Below the pieces are notes generated by a model. It did no database searches. It was not told the DNA's origin and saw nothing but the letters and a program-made list of their open reading frames with translations. The position numbers and the translations under genes are program-made. From Candidatus Freyarchaeum deiterrae (GTDB lineage: Archaea; Asgardarchaeota; Jordiarchaeia; Jordiarchaeales; Jordiarchaeaceae), in the NCBI GenBank assembly GCA_037305845.1, contig CP147778.1, forward strand, positions 1,792,001-1,856,000: a DNA stretch of 64,000 bases, given 5' to 3'. Shown here in pieces: positions 52,013 through 62,007 of this stretch (position 1 is its first letter; every line of letters begins with the position of its first letter).

Positions 52013-53320
52013 CTAGTAGGAGGATTCTCTATACTTTTCTAAAAACGTGTCAAGCTCTTCCCCATAATCCCCTTCTGCTCTTAGGTCAATCAGCTTTTTC
52101 CCCTTTCTACCAATAACCGGGATACTGTCTTTTTCCACAACTTTTACTGTAGTGGGGTTAAACCAGAGCTTACCACCAAACCTGTCAGATATACTACCAA
52201 GTTGACTAGGAGTAAGCGAATCAGAATCAATGAAAACATCTATGCGATCTAAGCCGGATGAATCCTCACTAACCACAACCAAGTAATCTCTAATACCCTT
52301 ATAATCGAAAATTGCAGAATCGATGGCGAAAGGACTAGTAAGAGTCCCCTTTATCTTAATCAAACCATCCAAACGATACTCCGGAGGCATAACCCTTCGA
52401 GTAACACGGCCACAAGAACAGTCACCACTAACTACAAAAGAACTATCCCTAGAGCGAAACCTGATAGCCAAAGTACCCGTTCTGGAGAGAGTAGTGTAAA
52501 CCAATTCTCCCCTCTCGCCTTCAGGCAATCTCTCACTTGTCTCTGGATTAATAACCTCAACAAATGAAAGATCTTCGGGCCAGTGTACACCAAATTTTTC
52601 CTCACACTCACCCCCACTACCAGCCTCCGTCAGTCCATATCCGATCCTGAGATCGATGCCCCAAATATCCTCTGTACGCTTCCTCTTCACCTCCGGCACA
52701 GGCTCACCGAGTGCATACCCTTTCTCAAGGGAACTTTCCCGAGGATCCTCACCAAAGATATCCTCGTACATAGTAGCCCACTTCAATATAAATTGAGCAA
52801 TACCAATGATACTAGTGGGACGATAAAAGTGAATCATATCCACCTGTTGCCTACTACTCGTTAGCTTACCAGCCGGAACAACAACAGCTCCAATCCGTCG
52901 AAGAGCCTCGTGGAAACACAACCCTGCAAAGAACATACCATACGGACTGCAATTGATTACCGTGTCTCCTTTTTTGATTCCTGCTGTTTGCAGGTTTCGG
53001 GCTTCGTTTGAGACTTGTACCTCTACATCGTTGTTGGTGTAACCTACTACGGTTGGTGTGCCTGAGGTTCCTGAGGTTGTGTGGAAGACTGATAGGTCGT
53101 CGGGGTCTGCGATTGCTGCCCTGTAGTCTTTAACTATGTCTTGTTTGCTGGAGAAGGGGAGTTTTTCTAGATCTTTGATGTTTGTGATGTCTGCGGGTCT
53201 TAGTCCTGCTTCTTTGAACTTTTCGCTGTACAACTTTGTTCTGAATGCTAGTTCCATTGTGCGCTTGAACTTCTTTTCTTGAATCTTCAACAACTCTTCT
53301 CTGGTCATGTCCGGCTCCAT
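52013..53320 (-). CDS. Phenylacetate-CoA ligase (PaaK)-family adenylate-forming enzyme
   Basis: LEKLPF, TTSGTSGTP, GYGLTE, GELVYTTL, RFRSRD and CSCGR. Confidence 0.85.
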   Translation of the reverse strand: MEPDMTREELLKIQEKKFKRTMELAFRTKLYSEKFKEAGLRPADITNIKDLEKLPFSSKQDIVKDYRAAIADPDDLSVFHTTSGTSGTPTVVGYTNNDVEVQVSNEARNLQTAGIKKGDTVINCSPYGMFFAGLCFHEALRRIGAVVVPAGKLTSSRQQVDMIHFYRPTSIIGIAQFILKWATMYEDIFGEDPRESSLEKGYALGEPVPEVKRKRTEDIWGIDLRIGYGLTEAGSGGECEEKFGVHWPEDLSFVEVINPETSERLPEGERGELVYTTLSRTGTLAIRFRSRDSSFVVSGDCSCGRVTRRVMPPEYRLDGLIKIKGTLTSPFAIDSAIFDYKGIRDYLVVVSEDSSGLDRIDVFIDSDSLTPSQLGSISDRFGGKLWFNPTTVKVVEKDSIPVIGRKGKKLIDLRAEGDYGEELDTFLEKYRESSY

Positions 53321-53421
53321 AACAACACCATCAAAGTTTTAGAATTAAGTATATAAAAAGATTATTGAGTAGTAAAGTCATGTATAACGCAAATAACTTC
53401 TGGAAAATCATTTGAAGTAAG

Positions 53422-53760
53422 GTGTTTGATTTGCAGCGGAGAAATTGCAGGGAAATGAGTGCTGAGGAAATCGAATACTGGAGAATAAATGTGTTAGAGA
53501 AAAGTATAGATATAGATTCTACTGAGTGGCACAGAAGAGCTCTTCTCGCCATGCAAAGTTCTGTAAGGCGTGATATTCTGATTCTTCTAAAAGATAAGGC
53601 GCTTACGATAGTCGAAATAATAAGCAATTTAAAGCTGGAAGAAAAGGCGGTGCAATTTCATCTTCAATTTCTCAAACAAACCCTTTTCATAACAATAGAA
53701 GGGAGCATAGTAGACCTAACACCTTTTGGATTTGTATACCTAAAAAATGTTATAAGATAA
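53422..53760 (+). CDS. Winged-helix (ArsR-like) transcriptional regulator
   Basis: RRDILILL...LTIVEI...VQFHLQFL...LTPFG; divergent from the PaaK-family gene. Confidence 0.7.
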   Translation: MFDLQRRNCREMSAEEIEYWRINVLEKSIDIDSTEWHRRALLAMQSSVRRDILILLKDKALTIVEIISNLKLEEKAVQFHLQFLKQTLFITIEGSIVDLTPFGFVYLKNVIR

Positions 53761-53959
53761 AACACTATAAAACCGCAAATATAGTATAAAGCCTATCCAA
53801 ACGTTTTCAATAAATTTGTAAAGCGTAATAAGCCGTAAACAATCTTACTAAAAATAAATTAACGAGAATTGATTGCGATAGGTTTCGAAAATTCGCGAGT
53901 ACAAAGGTAAACTCTTTGATGTACATACGGATTAAAAAGAGAAGGGTGGGTAACCCCTT

Positions 53960-55012
53960 TTAAAAATCATAGTCCGTCACAACATATTTTTTATCAGTAC
54001 CTATACTGAATACACTGAATTTTTTGCCCTTTGGTGTTACCATGTCGAGTTTAAGCAAAGGATATACAAATATCGGGTACTCTGGGGTCTCAGCCCCTTT
54101 AGGGCCCTTTTTCTCTAGATCCTTGAAAGTTGTCCTAGCCTTGTTCATTTTATCTTCTACTTCTTTGTTGTAGAATCCGAGCTGTGGGGTGATCTCCTTT
54201 TCATTAAGACTGTTGTAGTCTTTAACACTTATTCCCTCAATGTTAGCGAATTCTTTGTTAATCACATCTGCCAAATGCTTTTCGAATTCTGCTCTAAAGA
54301 ACAGATGAGGGATGCCTTCGGTCTTAAACGGTACAGCACCGTTAGCGTATTCAAACATAGTACCAGTACCTTTGCACTGTTTGCAAGTGGTTTTTGCTTC
54401 TCCATGACACTTGTCACAATCAACCTTCCCAGTACCACCACAAGTAGTACATTTTATTGTTCCAAGGCCACCGCAAGTATAACAGTTATGAGGCAGGTCC
54501 ATATCGGTTTTCTTTCCCTCTGTCATGACCTTTAGCTTTAAATAAAGCTTCTTATCTCCCTTACAAGTGGGACAAGTAAGGTTTCCACTTCCATTACACT
54601 TCTTACACGCCAAAGCCCCTGAACCATTACACTTATCACAGGTGATGAAACCCTTTCCGCTGCATTCATCGCATCTAATTTCTTTTATTGAAGAGTGCAA
54701 AGGAACTACGTTCTCATCCTTCCATTCCGTTGAGTCCACTTCTTTGTTCTCGAAGTGGTGAAAGGTCACTTTCTGCAAATCTTCATAGTTAACTACATTT
54801 TTCTCAACTTCGGTTGTAGAAGAGGGTTCTATCCTAGAATGAAAGAAAAATACTGCATGCTTCTCTACATTCTTAACAGATTCTGCTGCAGAAACATTAG
54901 CCCTCTCGAACTTAACACGCTTCACAGAAAACAATTTCTCAAGCTTTCCCATATCCGCGCGTTCTAACCACTTTGCGAATACATCATCCGCCAAAGGACT
55001 TTTCATAGACAT
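53960..55012 (-). CDS. DnaJ-type CxxCxGxG zinc-finger repeat protein without a J domain (SSUH2-like)
   Basis: Eight CxxCxG repeats in two blocks; no HPD motif. Confidence 0.75.
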   Translation of the reverse strand: MSMKSPLADDVFAKWLERADMGKLEKLFSVKRVKFERANVSAAESVKNVEKHAVFFFHSRIEPSSTTEVEKNVVNYEDLQKVTFHHFENKEVDSTEWKDENVVPLHSSIKEIRCDECSGKGFITCDKCNGSGALACKKCNGSGNLTCPTCKGDKKLYLKLKVMTEGKKTDMDLPHNCYTCGGLGTIKCTTCGGTGKVDCDKCHGEAKTTCKQCKGTGTMFEYANGAVPFKTEGIPHLFFRAEFEKHLADVINKEFANIEGISVKDYNSLNEKEITPQLGFYNKEVEDKMNKARTTFKDLEKKGPKGAETPEYPIFVYPLLKLDMVTPKGKKFSVFSIGTDKKYVVTDYDF

Positions 55013-55318
55013 AAAAACGCACCTCTAAAAATTTGGTGTAATATAAATAACCAAATCTACTTAAAATCTTTACCAAAAGCCACAAAGAAAACAAATACAC
55101 AATAGAAGTGAAATTATAAATAAAAAACAAAATAATTCATAAAACCAATAACCAAACAATTTTTAAATATAGAGTATGCAGCATTATAAAAAATAAAAAG
55201 ACACTTATTTAAACCAAAATGAATCATTCATTAAAAACCTAATTATCCCTAAATCTACAAATACTTCGGAAAAAAAGAACCAAATAATAAGGGGGAAATT
55301 CCCCTCGTATAATCGAAA

Positions 55319-56173
55319 TCAGTACAGTGCGAGATCGAGAACTCTGCCACAAGAACATTTTCGCTCTTTTGGAATTCTGCTCAAAGCCGCATATAACAAC
55401 TTTCGAACATTTTCCACATTTTCTTTCATACTTTTCGCCACAGCCGCGGCGTTAACCGGCCTTAACCCGTAAACATCTATGTCTGTAGGCATCGAAATAT
55501 TCACCATGCAAATCTCTGCTTCCTTTGCCAGAGCGCACTCAGGGTAACAAGTCATTCCTACAACTGAGAATCCCTGACCCTTATAGAAGAGGCTCTCCGC
55601 TCTCGTGCTAAACCTCGGCCCATTTATGCAAACATAGGTACCTTCTCCATGTATCTTTAAACCTAATTCACGAGCGGTATCAATAACCGTTTTTCTTAAC
55701 TCAGGGCAGAATGGATCTGCGAACTCTACATGACACACGACGCCACCCTCGAAGTAGGTGTCCTTTCTTTGCCCAAAGGTTCTGTCAAATACTTGTGTGG
55801 ATATTACGAATTCTCCAGGCTTAATTGTTTCAGGTTGTAAACTCCCACATGCAGCAGGGGAAATGATTCTTGTCGCCCCCAAGCTTTTGAACGCCCAGAT
55901 ATTGGCTCTATAATTAATAGCGTGTGGGGGAATCGTGTGATTTCTTCCATGCCTTGCTAGAAAGGCTACTTTGCGTCCTTTTACCAGCCCAATTATAACA
56001 TTATCTGATGGGGCTCCATATGGAGTGTAAACTTTAATTTCTCTTGGATTTTCAAATATTGCCGGATCATAGTTTCCTGTTCCACCCAGAATACCTATTT
56101 CTACTGGAAGGAACTCTTCGACTTCGTCTTTGGAGACACCAATCGGCACAAATACGGCTTCTTTTCTCGTCAT
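55319..56173 (-). CDS. mtnP: S-methyl-5'-thioadenosine phosphorylase
   Basis: IGILGGTG, TPYGAPSD, FLARHG, NYRANIWA, DPFCPELR, GPRFSTRAES and VVGMT. Confidence 0.92.
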   Translation of the reverse strand: MTRKEAVFVPIGVSKDEVEEFLPVEIGILGGTGNYDPAIFENPREIKVYTPYGAPSDNVIIGLVKGRKVAFLARHGRNHTIPPHAINYRANIWAFKSLGATRIISPAACGSLQPETIKPGEFVISTQVFDRTFGQRKDTYFEGGVVCHVEFADPFCPELRKTVIDTARELGLKIHGEGTYVCINGPRFSTRAESLFYKGQGFSVVGMTCYPECALAKEAEICMVNISMPTDIDVYGLRPVNAAAVAKSMKENVENVRKLLYAALSRIPKERKCSCGRVLDLALY

Positions 56174-56337
56174 TTGGTTATCCTCCTATTTTTCAGTTGT
56201 TTTGATTGCAATTATTAAGCTACTTTAGCTCTTATTTCTTGAGATTTTCTCGGTTTATAAAATTAATTATTTTTTTACTTTTCATTCGTTCTTCTACGTA
56301 GGTGTAATGCGGTTAATGAACTATTTCCCGTTACTCG

Positions 56338-57417
56338 TTATTTGGTTTTGAGTTGCTTTTTAAGATTGTAAGGTGGTTCTATGATTTGTTTTTCTGTTAC
56401 TATCTTTGAGATATACTTCGCAGGCGTGATGTCGAATACGGGGTTTTTAGCTAGGTCTTTAGAATATAGCTTAATTGTTTGAATTTCCTTTTTTTCTTCA
56501 TTGCAACCCTTTAAATAAGTTATCTCTTTTGAGTCCCTCTCCTCTATTATAACGTCTTCGGCCTTTTGATTAAGGTCTATAGATGTTATGGGGGCGGCTA
56601 CAACGAAAGGGATTTTGTTTTCATGTGCCAGTATTGCCAACGTATATGTGCCAATCTTGTTTATGATGTCGCCATTTGATAATATTCTATCAGCACCCAC
56701 TAACACTATTCGGACATCTCCATTTTTAATATAATATCCTGCGGCGTTATCTGCTATAACATAGTGTTCGATGTCCTCCTGTATCAACTCCCAGCTGGTG
56801 AGTCTCCCCTGCAGCCAGGGACGCGTTTCGGTTGCCAATACATAGAAGTCTTTATTCTGATAGTGAGCGAACCTTATTATGCTTAAGGCAGTTCCATAAT
56901 CAACTGTTCCTAAGGCTCCGGTGTTGCAGTGTGTTAGCACCCCGCCCTTATCTTTGATTAAGTTTCTGCCCAAGAGTCCAATGTTCTTGCATGCTTCCGC
57001 GTTTTCCTCCGCTATACGCTGAGATTCATTAATAGCAATTTCTACGCATTGTTGAGGAGTTTCTGCTTGCTTCATAGCTATAAGCATTCTCGCAACCATG
57101 TTGTGCATATCTACGGCGGTGGGACGAGTGTTAAGAAATTCTTGGGCAACATCCTCCATTTGCTTCCAGAATTTTTTTGTTTCCAAACCATTGAATTCCA
57201 TGGCGGCTTGTGCTAATCCATATGACGCAGCTACACCGATTGCTGGTGCTCCTCTAATCTGCATTCTTCTTATTGCTTCGGCGGTTTCTTTGTAGTTTTT
57301 TGTCTGGTGGACTTTAAATTCAAAAGGTAATTTGGTTTGATCAATCATGTTAACTGTTTCGCCATCCATCCAAACGTTGCGGTAGCTCACCGTCTTCCCG
57401 TCAATTTTAACCTTCAT
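56338..57417 (-). CDS. mtnA: Methylthioribose-1-phosphate isomerase
   Basis: IDQTKLP, IRGAPAIG, TRPTAV, THCNTG, ETRPWLQG, GADRI...NKIGT and NPVFDITP; adjacent to mtnP. Confidence 0.9.
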   Translation of the reverse strand: MKVKIDGKTVSYRNVWMDGETVNMIDQTKLPFEFKVHQTKNYKETAEAIRRMQIRGAPAIGVAASYGLAQAAMEFNGLETKKFWKQMEDVAQEFLNTRPTAVDMHNMVARMLIAMKQAETPQQCVEIAINESQRIAEENAEACKNIGLLGRNLIKDKGGVLTHCNTGALGTVDYGTALSIIRFAHYQNKDFYVLATETRPWLQGRLTSWELIQEDIEHYVIADNAAGYYIKNGDVRIVLVGADRILSNGDIINKIGTYTLAILAHENKIPFVVAAPITSIDLNQKAEDVIIEERDSKEITYLKGCNEEKKEIQTIKLYSKDLAKNPVFDITPAKYISKIVTEKQIIEPPYNLKKQLKTK

Positions 57418-57660
57418 GGAGACACCTCAAAAGCAACTAAAACATGTTGTACCTCGTTTCCTATTACACTAATGCTCCTTTATGAGTTTTCTCAGAACTT
57501 TTCCAGGATACACTTCAATAAATCTATCATCTCTAATACTAGATCAAAATATGCAGCCTTCCTGCGAAGACATACAAAGTAGTAACTTTTTTTAACTAAA
57601 ACTTTTGCTAATTTATTGTTGGGCAAACTTCAGATTATGAAAAGTAGAGGTGACGATTCA

Positions 57661-58743
57661 ATGGATTACTACAACCGAGACCGACTTCAAAAATATTTCA
57701 GCAAAATACTCGGCGCCGATGTGAAGATTATAAATATTAGAGGGATAGGTGGAAAAGATGAAGAGCAATTGAAAAAGGGTGGACATAGTATCCATCATTT
57801 AGTAGAGCTAGAGCTTAAAGGCGCTAGAAAAAAGTACGTGATAGAAGTCGTAGCGCCTTCACAATTTGGACATGAAACCATGCCTGACCGGGCGCAGGTT
57901 GCTCTCTTAGCTCATAACACTTATAATCTCCTGCCTCTTCACGCCCGTTCGCTAGACTGTGGAGCATTTATGAAGGATGGGAGCATCGTTTCGGTAGGCA
58001 ATGCTGAAGAATTTTTCATGAATATTGAGTTCATTGAAGGCACCATTTACAAAGTTGATTTGTATAACATTTCTGATAGGGGCAATTTGGCAGATTTGGA
58101 TAAGCAACGAACACAGAAGTTATCCGATTATCTAGTAGAAATTCATGCCCAGAAAAAGAATGAACCGGGCCTCTACATTAAAAGAATTAGAGAATTAGTG
58201 GGACATGGTGAGTGCATTTTTGGATTAACTGATTCTTACCCTCCAGATTTTGAATTTGCCGGTTCTAAAAGGCTTAGTGAGATAGAAAAGAAATGTATAG
58301 ATTGGCGGTGGAAACTTAAGAACTATACACATAGACTGTGTCAAGAACACGGTGATTTTCATCCTTGGAATATTATATTTAGGGAAGGCACAGATTTATC
58401 GGTGTTTGATAGAAGTCGTGGAGAGTGGGGAGAAGCCGCTGACGATGTTACCGCTTTAACCATAAACTACATTTTCTTTAGCATAATAAAGTATGGAAAG
58501 CTCAAGGGAGCCTTCGAAGAGCTTTATCATCTATTCTTTAATAATTATTTGGAAAAAACTGGCGACGAAGAGATACTCGAAGTCCTACAACCCTTCTACG
58601 CTTGGAGGTGTCTGGTGACCGCAAACCCTATTTGGTACCCTCATTTGAAGGCGGATACACGAATCAAACTGTTCAACTTCATAGACAACGTTTTGAACTC
58701 TGATATCTTTGACCCCAAAGAGGTAAACTCATATCTTAAATAG
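57661..58743 (+). CDS. APH/choline-kinase-fold phosphotransferase
   Basis: HGDFHPWNI followed by VFDRSRG...D. Start taken at ATG 57661 after GAGGTGA (track start 57616). Confidence 0.8.
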   Translation: MDYYNRDRLQKYFSKILGADVKIINIRGIGGKDEEQLKKGGHSIHHLVELELKGARKKYVIEVVAPSQFGHETMPDRAQVALLAHNTYNLLPLHARSLDCGAFMKDGSIVSVGNAEEFFMNIEFIEGTIYKVDLYNISDRGNLADLDKQRTQKLSDYLVEIHAQKKNEPGLYIKRIRELVGHGECIFGLTDSYPPDFEFAGSKRLSEIEKKCIDWRWKLKNYTHRLCQEHGDFHPWNIIFREGTDLSVFDRSRGEWGEAADDVTALTINYIFFSIIKYGKLKGAFEELYHLFFNNYLEKTGDEEILEVLQPFYAWRCLVTANPIWYPHLKADTRIKLFNFIDNVLNSDIFDPKEVNSYLK

Positions 58744-58831
58744 CTAGTAATACCCCCTCATGAGCCATACCGAAAGTAGTTTCAAATAATATATGCCCTG
58801 TTTTCGATTCCACAAAATTTAATTATCTAAT

Positions 58832-59884
58832 TTGTTACGTAAATTTGTTATTTCCATTGAGTATCAGGTTCTGATAAATTTGCCAAATAAAGAAAAGGTT
58901 GCAATTTCGGGTTCTGCAGCATTTGACGTAATAGCCTTTACCGAAGAAACACTCGATGAAATTTTTATGCATGCTCTTGAAAAAAAGGAAGGAGATACAA
59001 GGATTAGCTTTTCTTTTTTGGTAAATAAAAAGGTATCATTCGGCGGAACCGCTTTAAACATCGCGTATAACATGAAATTAACTAATGGTGATCCTTTTCC
59101 AATATCTTGTGTTGGAAAGGATTTCGTCAACCGTAATTATAAAAAACATTTGGAAAATCTCGGTATCGATCTAAGTGGGTTAGTGGTAAAAGAGGGGGAA
59201 GACACCGCCGAGGCTTATATTGTAACAGGCAGAATAGGAGATCAAATGTCCATTTTCCATACCGGGGCACTTAGTGATACCTGTAACATAAAAATTAAAG
59301 AAATAATAAAAAATAAAAAAGTTGAAATGAGCATAATATCACCAAACCCTGTAAATACCATGCTACGGCACTCTAATGAATTTCAGAAACTAAATATTCC
59401 CTTTATTGCAGACCCGGGACAAATGATCAACAATTTTAAACCCGAAGAATTACAAGAATTTGTCAGTAACGCATCAATGCTAATAGTTAATGATTACGAA
59501 GCAAATCTGGTTGAAAACAAATTACCAAACAAGCTAAAAAATATCATAGATCCGGTAATTATTACTCGCGGTGAGCACGGCTGCTCTGTCTATAAAAAAG
59601 ATGATCATGTCGACATACTGGCGGTAAAAATATCAAAACTGGTGGACCCCACAGGCGCGGGCGATGCTTTTAGAGGCGGCTTATTATCAGGGCTATCTAA
59701 AATTAATCAGAAACTAGAAGATTTAACCCTACAAGAACTAAAAACAGCGTGTCAGATGGGAGCAGTCTGCGGCGGATACGCCGTGGAAAAAGAAGGAACC
59801 CAAAACCATCAATTCTCAATCGAAGAATTCAAAGCAAGATACGAAAAAAATTACGGAAAAATCGATGAAGAACTTACATACTGA
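58832..59884 (+). CDS. PfkB-family nucleoside/carbohydrate kinase
   Basis: FGGTALNIAY, DPGQ, NDYE, TRGEHG and DPTGAGDAFRGG. Confidence 0.88.
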   Translation: MLRKFVISIEYQVLINLPNKEKVAISGSAAFDVIAFTEETLDEIFMHALEKKEGDTRISFSFLVNKKVSFGGTALNIAYNMKLTNGDPFPISCVGKDFVNRNYKKHLENLGIDLSGLVVKEGEDTAEAYIVTGRIGDQMSIFHTGALSDTCNIKIKEIIKNKKVEMSIISPNPVNTMLRHSNEFQKLNIPFIADPGQMINNFKPEELQEFVSNASMLIVNDYEANLVENKLPNKLKNIIDPVIITRGEHGCSVYKKDDHVDILAVKISKLVDPTGAGDAFRGGLLSGLSKINQKLEDLTLQELKTACQMGAVCGGYAVEKEGTQNHQFSIEEFKARYEKNYGKIDEELTY

Positions 59885-60051
59885 AACTTTAAGAATACCG
59901 AAGCACTACAACACTTCTAAACTTGTAATTAGTTTAGCAAGCCTCATTTTATATCCACTTTAAAAATACACGCAAGCTGTTCAACTAAACAGATAAAATT
60001 TTAAAAAACCGAAGCCTCTTCCCCAAAGAGGAGAAATTGCAACTTAAATGG

Positions 60052-60594
60052 TTAGTAATATCTATCCAGAATTTCATTAAGAATTTTTTTAGCGTTTTCC
60101 AGCGCTGTAAACTTCACAGAGTCCAGCAGTATGTCGGGATTTTCAGGCACTTCAAATAAGACGCCCAATCCCGGCACAGTATCACTTTCCCCCGCTAATC
60201 CCCTCTTATATATGTCTCTCGGAGCCCCATAGGTTTCCTTCCTTTCCGCCTCTCTCTTCATACAAATTTCCAAAGGACACTCCACATAAGCTATCAAGAT
60301 GTTTTCAATTTCATCCTTTCCCTTTTCACGATAAGCACTACGATTAGCCGTCGCATCCAGTATAACATTTACCTCATTTTGGTTCAAGATTTTCGCTATA
60401 AAAACCAGCGTTGAATAAACCACTCCACGTTCCTTCTCAGTATAGGTTGGTTCAGGTGTTACCACCTTTCTGAGAATATCCGTACCCAAAACTTGGGCAT
60501 GCAATCCACTCTCCTCTAAAAGAGACTCAAGCTCTCTCGCTATAGTCGATTTACCTGAACCAGGGCGTCCGCAAATCCACACCGTCCAAGCCAA
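60052..60594 (-). CDS. Adenylyl-sulfate-kinase-like P-loop kinase
   Basis: WICGRPGSGKST, DILRK and YVECPLEICMKR. It lacks the canonical LDGD motif and there are no sulfate genes nearby. Confidence 0.7.
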   Translation of the reverse strand: MAWTVWICGRPGSGKSTIARELESLLEESGLHAQVLGTDILRKVVTPEPTYTEKERGVVYSTLVFIAKILNQNEVNVILDATANRSAYREKGKDEIENILIAYVECPLEICMKREAERKETYGAPRDIYKRGLAGESDTVPGLGVLFEVPENPDILLDSVKFTALENAKKILNEILDRYY

Positions 60595-60762
60595 TCAAGA
60601 AACCTCCAAGTTGGATGTACGTTTCCTACTCCTCAAAAGATTTATTAACCAAAAAATTACTTTTCCATAATTAATTTATTAGGGAAATGGTTCAATCATA
60701 ATTCTATCATAAAATTTTTATCTATAAAGTTTAACCCTAAAAAAACTGTTGAGGGAATAACA

Positions 60763-61647
60763 ATGGATAGAGTAATAATTGGAGGTTCTTCCTCATATGT
60801 TTTAGCAATAAAGATAGCAAGAGAACTTAACGCAACTCTACTAGGAACGGATATTAAAAAATTTCCTGACGGAGAAAAATACGTCCGCATAAACGGAAAC
60901 TTGAACGGAGTCGATGCGGTAGTAGTTCAGTCAATGTACCTCAACCCTGACGAGTACCTTATGGAATACTTCCTAATGGTTGAAGCTCTGAAAGATTCGG
61001 GGGCAAAAAAAGTTACAGGCGTAATCCCCTACTTCGCTTACGCAAGGCAGGATGATAAATTCAACCCCGGGGAAGCAATAAGCCTCAGAACTGTCTCCAA
61101 ACTCATAGAAACCGTGGGAACAGACCAACTTTTTACTGTTGATATACATCTCCACAGAGTGGAAGATATGAGCAAAATTTTCAACACCCCCGCAGAAAAC
61201 CTCACAGCTATACCTGATATAGCCCGCTATATAGGAGAACACCTATCCTTAGAAAAGCCTCTAATTATAGGACCAGACGAAGAAGCAGAACAATGGGCTC
61301 GGACCGCAGCAGAACATTTGGAAACAGATTATGATGTACTAGAAAAAAAGAGACTGTCGTCAACAGAGGTCGAAATAACAACCAGAGAACTGGACGTGAA
61401 AAATAGAAACGTAGTAATAATAGACGACATTATATCCACAGGAGGAACAATCGCAAAAACCATCGAAGCACTCAAAAAGAAAGGCGCGAAAAAAATAGTC
61501 GCCGCATGCAGCCACCCCGTCTTAGTAGATAATGCACTTAAAAAGATATACACGGCCGGAGCATACAATGTTATAGGAACCACAAGTATCCCCTCTCCCA
61601 TATCTGTCGTTGAAATAGCAGGTACCCTAGCAAATGCTTTAAAATAA
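60763..61647 (+). CDS. prs: Ribose-phosphate pyrophosphokinase
   Basis: FPDGEKYVRI, IPYFAYARQD, VDIH and IIDDIISTGGT. Confidence 0.95.
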   Translation: MDRVIIGGSSSYVLAIKIARELNATLLGTDIKKFPDGEKYVRINGNLNGVDAVVVQSMYLNPDEYLMEYFLMVEALKDSGAKKVTGVIPYFAYARQDDKFNPGEAISLRTVSKLIETVGTDQLFTVDIHLHRVEDMSKIFNTPAENLTAIPDIARYIGEHLSLEKPLIIGPDEEAEQWARTAAEHLETDYDVLEKKRLSSTEVEITTRELDVKNRNVVIIDDIISTGGTIAKTIEALKKKGAKKIVAACSHPVLVDNALKKIYTAGAYNVIGTTSIPSPISVVEIAGTLANALK

Positions 61648-61759
61648 AAAGTGCCATTTTTCCAATTATCTCCTAATATAAGTTCACAGATACGAAAAAT
61701 TTATCTGATAATAAACATCTAAAACTCATGCCAGAAAGGGCTGCGAAGCCCAAAGAAAT

Positions 61760-61884
61760 CCCGCAGTAACTCAGACTGGCTAGAGTGCCCGGCTGTAGAG
61801 TTGCACTTGTCAGTGTGACTATTCCCAGTAGGCACTCGCACAGACACCGGGACGTCGCAAGTTCAAATCTTGCCTGCGGGACCA
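61760..61884 (+). tRNA. tRNA-Tyr(GTA) with a 47-nt intron at 37/38 (61799-61845); CCA encoded
   Basis: C1-G72 acceptor CCCGCAG/CTGCGGG; BHB CTGT/ACAG with bulges AG|A and AC|A; T arm GCAAG-TTCAAAT-CTTGC. Confidence 0.95.
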
Positions 61885-62007
61885 TTCTTTTATGTTTTCT
61901 CTTCGGTCTTCGTTTCTTATTGATTTTTAAGTGGGTTAGAACGCGTTTTCTGGGAATACTTATAAAGCTTTTATGTAAGTGTTTTAGTAGTTTTATGGAT
62001 AGATTGT

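Noticed and set aside
60052-60594. Calling this gene cysC
   Set aside because: It lacks the LDGD motif and has no sulfate-assimilation context; left as APS-kinase-like.
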